Source: Hydrolagus affinis | Lineage: Eukaryota | NCBI GenBank assembly: GCA_012026655.1 | Contig: JAAILG010000425.1 | Span: forward strand, 1-64,000 | DNA length: 64,000 bases | Direction of reading: 5' to 3' | In this document: positions 25,837-34,765 of the stretch, piece after piece | Layout: every line of letters starts with the position of its first letter | Position numbering within the stretch: the first letter of the stretch is position 1 | The notes under the pieces: model-generated | The model's database searches: none | Seen by the model: only the letters and a program-made list of their open reading frames with translations | Told to the model about the DNA's origin: nothing | Program-made: the position numbers and the translations under genes

Positions 25837-26744
25837 TATTTAAGGCATTGGAAAGGGTGCAGAGGAGATTTACTAGGATGGTACCAGGAATGAGGGACTT
25901 CAGCTATGGGAAAAGGCTTGATAGGCTAGGCTTATTCTCTCTAGAACAAAGAAGATTGAGAGGAGACCTAATAGAGGTTTATAAGATTATGAGATGTTTC
26001 AACAGGGTGAATAGGTAAAGACTGTTCCACTCGTAGTCACAGATTTAAAATAGTTTCAAAACGAAGCAGAGGGGAGCTGAGGAGAAATGTTTTCACTCAG
26101 CGGGTTGTTCGAATCTGGAAGGCATTGCCTCCTGAAAAGGTGGTGGAGGCAGATTCCATAACAGCTTTTAAAAGGGAACTAGATCTTTATGTAGGAAGAG
26201 CAGGTCTGTTAGGTTATGGGGAGAAAGCTGGGCAGTGGGATTGAGTTGCTCTGTTCAAAGAGCCAGCACAGACTAGATGGGCCGAATGGCCTCCTTTTGT
26301 ATCGTATGATTCTATGATTCTATGATAAACTTCCCCGTCAAGTGCATGCAATAGAAAATCAACCCTTCACATCATATTATGTGTCCTCTGCATACACCAA
26401 ATCTAAACTCTAATGCTCTCAGTTGTAGTTGTAACACTACTAGATCTTGTCTTGTAGTTTCAGGTCACATCTTGTGCTATGCAATTTTGCTTTCATTGTG
26501 ATGTGTCATTATAATGTGCACAACCCTGTCTGTGTTGTAATGAGAAATTGTTGCACTCTATTTATAAATTTCTATTTGGTTCCTTGCTCTTACCAACACA
26601 CAATTATCAATCGAGCAACCCTGAAAAATGCTAATGAATTATTGTAATGTATCATAACTTGTTAACAGTTATCCTAAGTCATGCTTCCACATGATCTCAA
26701 ATCTAGGACTTCAATTTGCACACTAATGTAAATGATTATTTGGA

Positions 26745-26975
26745 TTCAATATCTCTGCTTCCACCCCCAGGAATTCTATCCTGCAATCCTTGCGTCTCAC
26801 TCCCTCTCTTACCTCCTGCATGTCCTGTCTGATGACCTTCCTCTTCGATCCTCCCATACTCACACCACATCATCTCCTTCTGCCCCCAGCTCATGTCCAA
26901 AACTCTTGATTGTCCAGCTCCCCCGGGACGTCTTTCCAATGTGAAGGCCGCTATTCAAGTACTATTTGTTGTTAT
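26745..26975 (+). mobile_element. Degraded L2 3' end
   Basis: Pyrimidine-rich tract ending CCGGGACGTCTTTCCAATGTGAAGGCCGCTATTCAAGTACTATTTGTTGTT. Confidence 0.65.
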
Positions 26976-27189
26976 TCAACCAACCAGGGTAAATATTATG
27001 AGTATAATTTTTACACTAGAGAAGTCCGTGCATCACTTTTACAGCACTAGTTCAAACCATTATTAAAATTTATGCTAATAGCCAAATGAGTTGAGGACAT
27101 TTATTTTGCGTAGAAGTGAATCTGCTCAGTCTTATTTTTTTAAAAGCACAGAAAGATATTTCTTGGGGAAGGAAGGGTAATGACTGTAA

Positions 27190-27726
27190 CTAAAACACAA
27201 AATACTGCAGATGCCGGAAATCTGAAACAAAAACAGAAGTCACTGGGAATACTCAGCAGGTCAGGCAACATCTATGGAGAAAGGAAAAGTGAATCAATGT
27301 TTCGGATCCACGACCCTTCGTCAGAACTGGGGATGTTGGGAGGGACAGGCTTTTAGGGATTAACAGAGAGTGGGGAGGCAGCTCAAGGAAGACGAAGGAG
27401 AAAATGGGGTATAGGCTAGGAGATGATGGATTGAGGCGTTAATGTTATGAAACAAAAAGGGGAATTGCAACAAAATAGGAGAGAAGAGGTATTAATAACG
27501 TTAAAACAAAAAGGGGGAGATTGCCAAAGAACAGGCAGATCAGATGGTTGCAGAAGATGGGGAAAGTGAGCTGTTATGGCCTGAAATTGCTGAAATCAAT
27601 AGTAAGGTCAGAGGGCTGTAAGGTACCTAGCAGATGCTGTTCCTTGAGCTTGTGCTGCAGTTCATTGGAAAAGCGTAGGACACCATGGATAGAGAGGTCA
27701 GACTGTGAATGGGAAGGAGAGTTAAA
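27190..27726 (-). mobile_element. Penelope-like element 3' fragment (end of GIY-YIG domain plus terminal region)
   Basis: Minus strand gives FNSPSHSQSDLSIHGVLRFSNELQHKLKEQHLLGTLQPSDLTIDFSNFR, like the Penelope C-terminus HFN...H...E...I..LGTL.P.GLN. The plus strand carries the terminus AAATACTGCAGATGCCGGAAATCTGAAACAAAAACAG that I recall from shark genomes. Confidence 0.85.
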
Positions 27727-28314
27727 AGGAGGGTTTCATTGGCTCACTAGTCTATGCTGCCATTAAGTTATTATTATGTAATCCAATATTGACTAATTTT
27801 GATGGCACCCTATTTTGTGTGCTCTTCACCTGGTTACATGGACCTTATCCTTCAACAGTCAGCAGCATTGCTGCAACGATAAAAATAAATTCTATCGTTT
27901 CTTATTGATCTTGTGACTTTTATATATGAGGGTTGAAAAAAGCATTCTGTGTAAGATAAATTTTAATTTAATGTAATGTTGATGCATAAGTGTGGAGCTA
28001 ACCAAGAGCAGGTGAATATTGCTATCTTATTCAAATGATTAGTTCATAATATGCTTGAATATTCAGATAATTAATAAAACCATGCAATAGTTGATTTCCC
28101 GAGCAGCTTGATTAGCATGTGACAATGTTTAAGGATAAGCAAATTAGCATTGGAGCCAAATACAGAAGCTTTAGAGGACAAATGCCAAACCGAAGGGTAA
28201 TTGCTTGACTTGCACAATAACCCATTCATGACTGTGTACATTTCACCATTGCTAGATTGAAAACTGATTCTGCTGCATTCAACTACAAAATACAGACACT
28301 GCATTCGTAACCTT

Positions 28315-28600
28315 TGCATTTTATATAATGCCTTAACATGTCATCAACATCTTGAAGTGCCTCACAGGATTTATTGTAAAGTATTCATGATTGTATTTGT
28401 CAGGGAACAAAGCAGCCAATTTAAGCACAGAAATGTCTTACAAACAGCCGTGTAGGTTTAATGCCTAATTTTAACTGAGGAATTGTTGGATAGAATACCA
28501 GGAAAAATTCCCTTCACTTTTTGAGTAGCGCCATGGGATCCTTAACATCCTGTATCTCCCAGACTGAACCTTAATTAATGTCTTATCCAAAGAACAGCAG
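28315..28600 (-). mobile_element. Deu-domain SINE 3' two-thirds
   Basis: GCAGCCAATTTAAGCACAG...AGTAGCGCCATGGGATCCTTAACATCC...TTAATGTCTTATCCAAAGA is the reverse of the Deu core plus tail. Confidence 0.7.
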
Positions 28601-28604
28601 TAAA

Positions 28605-28685
28605 TTATGTGAAGCGCTTTGAGATGTCCTCCCAACATGAAGGCACTATAACAAATGCAAGGATTATTTTTTATTATTATTATTA
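28605..28685 (+). mobile_element. SINE/L2 3' tail
   Basis: TGTGAAGCGCTTTGAGATGTCCTCCCAACATGAAGGCACTATAACAAATGCAAGGATTATT. Confidence 0.8.
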
Positions 28686-29874
28686 CAAGTAGAAGCATTA
28701 TGTTCTGAATTTTATTGATAGTAACAACAGATTGTCAAGATGTTATCCTTTGCAAAATGCACCATATAAGTGGAATTTGTTGCTGATAAATGATTAGCTT
28801 GATTTTATTTTGTTTCTCCCTGCAGCATTGTCATTCTCTTCAATTTTTATTGTTTTTTTGTAATAATAGATTAAGTTATTGTCTTTGTTCTGCATTGTAT
28901 ACAAACTCTGAAATCCCATGCAGCTATTGTTGTATTCCCTGGATTTACCTTATGACTGGTAGCCTGAATCTAAATTTCATGAGGTGCAGTGGTGAGCCGA
29001 GTTTTCAATCCTTTTTGACTGTAATTCCCACTGAAGTGAGAATATTGCAAATTGTTATGGATTTTTGCATTGTAATGACATGATTGTGACTCCATATTGT
29101 CCTTTCTTTGTTCTATGGTGCAAGCATATAATGTTTTTATTAAGCAATCCATTGCACATTACATCTGACCAGCAGTACAGCCTCTGGTAGTCCTGTGCTG
29201 GAACTGACTGTGGTTGTGTCCAAAGGACTAAATCAATTGATCCTTGCAGTCTCGGTGTTGTCTAATTTGAAGGTTTAAATGACCGAGACTCAAACACTAC
29301 GTAGGTTGATTGGCTTAATCTGATGACAAAATGGAGACTGGAATTGTGTTAAATGAACTGGCGGATAATGCCTCACTGGAGCAATAAGTGAGTGTAGAAG
29401 TGGTCAAAAGGATGTTAATGTGCAAATTAAGCATGACCCAGATAAGGCTTCATGTTGAAAGTGACAGAAATTCACGAGCACGAGTTGCAATGCTATAGTT
29501 ATTCATGACAACCTGACCGCTTTTAATCTCACAGCGAAATATGCTTTAGATGGGAAAGAAATCATCCCCCCAAAATCTTTGAAATTCCATATAAAAATAC
29601 TATTGAATGTTTCAGGATTTTTTTGAGGTGGCGGTGTTTTCCAGCGAGAGTTATTTCAATATCCTTCTAGGATTTTGAATAAAAATTTTCATGTGAGATT
29701 TCCCTCCATGTAAAATCTAAAAATGGATGATTTGGTCAGATAGCGAGAATAACTGATTCTGAAAAAAACAATATTTTTCAGAATCAGTTATAAGAAACAG
29801 GGAGATTTGTTGCCCACTCAAACCGAGCATGAGACCACAAAAATCTTTTACTTTTGAGTCGCCCATGGTGGTTG

Positions 29875-30205
29875 ACTTGGGCTGACATTCTAAAACAATG
29901 CTGGGAGAGTGTTTCAGAGGTGCCGTCCTTGAAATAAAACTATACATCTGGGTTCCCGTCTGCCTGTACATTAAAGTTTCCATGACTTGATTTGAAAAAA
30001 GGAGGATGTTTCTTCCAAAGTCTTGTCCAATATGCCTAGATAAAATTGGTCATGCACTTCATGGCTACTTGTGGGATGTTGTGCGTATATTGGCTGCTGT
30101 TTTTGCCTACAAAATGCACATTGACTACAATTTACAATGGATCCTATGATATGCTTTGAAATGTTTTGACGACATGATAGGTGTTAGATAAATTCAAGGA
30201 TTATT
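29875..30205 (+). mobile_element. Deu-domain SINE
   Basis: GCTGACATTCT...TGCTGGGAGAGTG...GAGGTGCCGTCCTT...GTGGGATG...TTGGCTGCTG...CAAGGATTATT. Confidence 0.7.
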
Positions 30206-30664
30206 GGAGCAAAACAATTGCAGGCACGTGAAAGTCTTGTAAATTGGAGCTATTTTTCTACATAATGCATGAAATTTACAATTTTTAAGAAGGAATTTTT
30301 TCTTTTCCTGACTAAGGTTTTAATCAACAAAATAATGTTTCCAGTAGTGCCGCATTTAAGATTATTTCCAATTCCACACCAGATTACACTGATTAAACCA
30401 TAGTATGGAAGATTATATCAGACAGCTGTTACATCAGTTGAACAATAATTAGCATAGTTAACAGGAACAAGATGTTCTGTTGGTCTTTGAATCTAGTCTC
30501 CTACAATGTTTCTGAGTACAAATTGCACAGTTCCTGGTGTAGGTGAGCTGCATTTCACAGCAAATTGCACATTTTAGTTGGAACAAGGAGAGTAATATTT
30601 GTTCTAAACCAATGAAAAAATAATCTGCTGTTTTCCTTCAGCATCTTTCTTGATATGATATTAA

Positions 30665-30850
30665 TAAGAATAAGAATAATAACCCTTGCATTCGATATAG
30701 TACTTTTCATGAATTCTAGACCTCTCAAAGCACTTCACAGTATATACTGTAAAGTGAATTGACTGAATATTTGTGGGTGAAACACGGCAGGCAATTGCTC
30801 ACAGCAGTGTTCCACAAACGGTCGTGGATTGAAATGACCAATTTATTAAT
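30665..30850 (-). mobile_element. SINE 3' half
   Basis: CCTTGCATTCGATATAG...CAAAGCACTTCACAG...GTGGATTGAAATGACCAATTTATT. Confidence 0.85.
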
Positions 30851-31091
30851 GATAATTAAAGCTGAAAAGGTTTTCAAAGTACACTTGGTATATTGCTTCC
30901 ATAGTGATTAAATATGAATGGTCAGTGAGGTACCCAAGAATCGAGACTGGATTAGATAAAACTGAAGCTCTGTGATTATTGTGTTGGAGAGGCACCTTAT
31001 TATAGAAGCTTGTGGCAGTTCTGCAGTGAGATATCTCAGAGGGGACTCAATAAGAGGTGTACAACATTTTAAATGGGATTCAAAAAGTAAC

Positions 31092-31386
31092 ATGCGCAAA
31101 GGCAATAGTAGGACGCAGAGCTGCACACCGTGTGTCTGCGGGGAGCTGGGGTACGTCCGCCCGAACACCGGCATTTCGTTGTCATCGGCCATGAACATGG
31201 GGAACTCGCTCAACAGCAACATCTTCGAGCGGTTCCCCTGCGAGGCCTTTTGCCTGGTCCGGTGCTGCAAGCGGCGGATCATCTCGTCGCAGGAGATCCA
31301 GACGGCGGTGGGGCTGCTGCTGCCGGGCGAGCTGGCCAGACACACCATGTCTGAGGTACCAGGGACATCACCAAGTCATCAGCTGA
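31092..31386 (+). pseudogene. H2B: Highly diverged histone H2B copy (probable pseudogene; N-terminal tail absent, frameshift after E113)
   Basis: VRPNTGIS..SAM...NS...IFER...EA..L....KR..[25 protein letters not shown] aligns to canonical VHPDTGISSKAM...NS...IFER...EA..L...KR..[25 protein letters not shown] (43 of 81 identical by manual alignment). A shifted frame continues GTRDITK (canonical GTKAVTK), with AGCTGA just downstream. Confidence 0.93.
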
Positions 31387-31392
31387 GGAGCC

Positions 31393-31408
31393 GGTCTGTT
31401 TTGGGGCC
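31393..31408 (+). promoter_or_regulatory. Possible decayed histone mRNA 3' stem-loop
   Basis: GGTCTG-TTTT-GGGGCC has the 6-4-6 geometry and GG..TTT..CC frame of GGCCCT-TTTC-AGGGCC, just after the H2B stop remnant. It has several mismatches. Confidence 0.4.
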
Positions 31409-31529
31409 TGTCACCACACTGGGCCCTGTTTCCCGCCATTTTAAAGATGGTCCAGGCGGGCAGCGAGGCAAGGAGCTGTTACTGGACTATTGTTACTGTT
31501 GTTGTTGTTTATGTTTATTGTTGTCATTT

Positions 31530-31772
31530 GATTCCTCCCCCTTGCCCCCTGGCCTGCCCCCTCTTCTTCTTTCCTCACTCCCTTTCCCCCCTTTCTCTCT
31601 CCCTTCCCTCCTTCTTCCCCCTTCCCCCCTTTCTACCTGATTTTAAGCCCCTCACCTTTCCCTCACTCTCCCCCTTAACCCCTTTTCTCCCCCTTTTCCT
31701 CCCTGATTTTACCCCACCTTTCCCTCCTTCTCCCCCCTTATCCTCTTTTCCCCTTTCTCCCCTGGCCCCACT
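31530..31772. repeat. Low-complexity polypyrimidine (C/T) tract
   Basis: About 240 bp almost entirely C and T on the plus strand, preceded by a (TGT)n run. Confidence 0.9.
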
Positions 31773-31777
31773 TCTAC

Positions 31778-32045
31778 GACTGTTTGTGGGATACTGTTGT
31801 GCGCAATTTGGCTGCTGTGTTTCACCCACAAATATACAGTAAATTTTCCTACTCTCCTTCCCCCAACCACGACCTCTCCCTCCCTGCTCTGGTCCCTATC
31901 TCTTCTTCCCCCTTTCTTCCCTCTTGTCCTTCTCCCTGCCCCCCTGCTCTGGTCCCAACCTTGGGACGTTGTTATATTCTGTGAAGCGCTTTGAGATGTC
32001 GATAAGACGTGGAAAGCACTACATAAATGTAAGGATTATTATATT
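31778..32045 (+). mobile_element. Chimeric SINE 3' half carrying both tail types
   Basis: SINE body to AAATATACAGTAAATTTTCCTACTCT, type-B tract to CCTTGGGACGT, then type-A TATATTCTGTGAAGCGCTTTGAGATGTC...AAGGATTATT. Confidence 0.8.
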
Positions 32046-32064
32046 TATTGTAGTACAAGAAGAC

Positions 32065-32300
32065 ATGGGCTTGTGTTACAAATGACAACTTGAGAATAGA
32101 TACCAGGAAGTTTTCCTTTATCCAGACGGTAATTAATAAGTGGCGCAAGGTCGCCTTGTAAGGTGGTTGAGGCTAAGACATGAGATTCATTTTTTTTAAA
32201 AAAAAGCTTGAATGCTGTGATGGGAGGATGACAGGGTGAGTTTTCCTGAGGGATTGGGTCAAATAGACCTGAGGACTTTCGTCATCTGAACCAATCTTGT
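32065..32300 (+). mobile_element. Old CR1 3' remnant
   Basis: CCAGACGGTAATTAATAAGTGG...GGTGGTTGAGGCT...GCTTGAATGCTG, matching the CR1 pattern QRV.N.W...VVEA...LD. Confidence 0.55.
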
Positions 32301-34221
32301 GCTATATATTTTTCTGTAATTTGAGCCATTTCCAGAAACCTTAACCTGCCCCAGTGTTACTTGTGTAACCTTGCATCTTTGTAATTGAAAAGATATAGCT
32401 GTTTGATACTTCTAATTTAATGACAACATTTCCCTGTTCACAATGAGGGTTTCCAGAGTCTTGTGAGGGGATCCACATTATTAGCAAAGACCGCCAGCAA
32501 TCTCTCTGAAAATGAGTAAAAACAAATGCAGATTTTCAATGGAGCACTCTAAGACCCGAAACAATTTTTTTTAGAAAAGTTGGAACTGTGGGACAAATCT
32601 AGAAATGGTGTATGAGCATCTCCCATCTATGGGGACACTGTGTAAAGTCCCTAAGATTCACTACACAATGCAGTAGTCACATAGCGCTGTTAACCCTAAT
32701 GTGGCGCATTTGCAAGGTTGAAACTGATAAGATGAGGTTTTTATCGAGGAGTGTTTAGCCTGAGTACAGATTCATCTTTCATATTCCTAGAAATTGGAAC
32801 AGGACCAGAGAGTTACTTTAATTTTTCCCCTGCCTTATCATGCCACTTGATTATTGTCACCGTTCATCTTAATTACGATAGAGTAATGCTCTTGGGTTTC
32901 CAGAACACTTTTTCCTTGATAAATTAAAACCTTGTAAAGCTGTTGTCTGGGATTTCCTTTCTTAAGGTAGTGCATCACCATTAACAAAGATTGAAATCTG
33001 TTAGAAATATAGAAGACCATGCTTGTTCAGTCACTGAATGTGTAATGTCGAAAGGATACTACAGTACAATCATCTATGGCCTTGATGGTCTGGTTCCTGA
33101 GCTAGGCTGGTTCGTAATACTCCAGGGCAATGTTGATGACAAATGAGGTGGTCTGACTCAATGGCAGAACCTGGAGGGGCTAATCAGTGACTGGGAGCAG
33201 AGATTCAGCCTACTTGGCTCTTGTTAATCCTGCAAAACAAGGACCTAATGAGTAGGGTAGTCCTAGCTGGACAAACAGGAAGCTTGCCAAAAAGTAGTCA
33301 CAATAACAGGTTATGTAGGTTTAACTGGTAAAACTCCCACAGTACCGAAAACACACTTTGGAATCTCCAAATCTTGGCTCTTGCCAACTTGCATCTAATA
33401 CTCACCAGAATTAGCTAAGCAGACAAAGCAGTAAGCAGTTATTGCCCACAAAATATATACAGTCAATTCACTTTACAGAAAATTCTGTATGTATTATTAT
33501 ACCCCTTACCCTGGGAAAAGCAATTTCATAAAGGAACCTACAGAAAATTAATATATTTGGATATGTGCCTGGCAGGTCCAAATTTAACTCTCAATACTTC
33601 AGAAATTTATACTATAATACTCATACTACAGCACTGAACTCGAGGTGATTAGTATGGAGAAGGATGTGATAGCTCTGGGGGTCTGGGAGATGTTTTATGT
33701 TTTTTGGCGGCTTGGACAGGGTGAAATGCAATGGAGGCAAAGCATTGTTGACTGGCACCTTATCAGTGCTCAGTGCCATTATAAGTGTAAAAATATTTCA
33801 TATCCAATATTACCATTCTAGACTGTAATGAACATTGCAAAATGCACAATGTGATGTTTTTGGTCAGAAAGTAGATTGGTGCAGCAGAGGCATCAGCCTT
33901 GACAATAAGTTTAAAAAAATACATTAAATGAAATAAATCTATTTCGCTCCTGCCCAGTAGGCCCTTATTTCAAGCTGCTGGGTGTTCACCACTGAAAACA
34001 GCTTGTGTTAACCCAGTTTGCGTGGAGTGGTTTCATTGAGTAATGGGCAGAAGAAAGGGTTTCCAAGAAGGAATAAGTCACGTTTCTTGGTTGTTCTGGC
34101 CTGGAGGAGGTTGTTTGGTGTCAGGTAGCCTGCAAGGGGAGAAAAACAATTCTTATGGAGCACTGTACTGATTGCAATGAAATGTGTTTCTGATGAGTTA
34201 CTGACAGACACTAGCTTCCTC

Positions 34222-34558
34222 AGGGAACTGCTGTCACAATTTCCCTGCAGTTCACAGCAATAGGGTCATTTCATCTCTGCAGGTGTTTCATGCTGATAAC
34301 AAGTGCACTGTAAACCTTTCTAAACATCACTTTCTTATATTTAAAAAAAATTGATTTACTGCAGTTACCAAAAATGGAGACAAAGTTTACAGGGGTACTG
34401 AACTAGTGTGTTAAGAAATTGAGCTGATATTTTTTATTATTACTTCAAATCTTAATGCAAAGTGAATTTTGTCAATTTAAGTGATACACATGCTTTATTA
34501 TTACCTTTTGCTAACCGTATTGCTGTAAACTGCAGGGAGATTGTTACAGCAGTTCCCT
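34222..34558. mobile_element. MITE / non-autonomous DNA transposon with 45-bp TIRs
   Basis: 34222-34266 AGGGAACTGCTGTCACAATTTCCCTGCAGTTCACAGCAATAGGGT versus the reverse complement of 34514-34558: 41 of 45 identical, no coding interior. Confidence 0.8.
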
Positions 34559-34599
34559 TACGTATTATACTTTCTACCTCAATCCTTCCATCTTGGTAC

Positions 34600-34765
34600 C
34601 ACCTTCTCCTCTGTTAGATCACGATTGAAGCCCTTCCTCCTTAACTGTGCTTGGAGTCACCTCCTCTCTCTCCCACCGTTCAGTGTCTGACTCGCCACTA
34701 TTAAGCCCTCCGAGATGCTGCCCCGCATGACGGGCACTGTGTTAATACAAGTTGTTGTTGTTGTA
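34600..34765 (+). mobile_element. Degraded L2 3' end
   Basis: Ends CCGAGATG...CATGACGGGCACTGTGTTAATACAAGTTGTTGTTGTTG. Confidence 0.55.

Larger units (their letters stand above)
24690..26326 (+). mobile_element. CR1 LINE, 5'-truncated: RT domain to 3' tail, interrupted by an assembly gap and a SINE
   Basis: DTGVVPEDWRVTNVTPLYKKG...NYRPVSLTSVVGKLLESII...QYGFVKGKSCLTNLIEFF, MDFQKAFDKVSHERL, SGVPQ...GPLLFLIYINDLD, WQMKFNTEKC, LERVQRRFTRM, LEQRRLRGDLIEVYKIM; ends with (GATTCTAT)n. Confidence 0.96.

Noticed and set aside
24756-26018. Active reverse transcriptase gene
   Set aside because: 5'-truncated CR1 with stops, a small tandem duplication near 25030-25077, a gap and a SINE replacement.
30908-31348. 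146-aa minus-strand ORF
   Set aside because: Antisense shadow of the GC-rich H2B copy.
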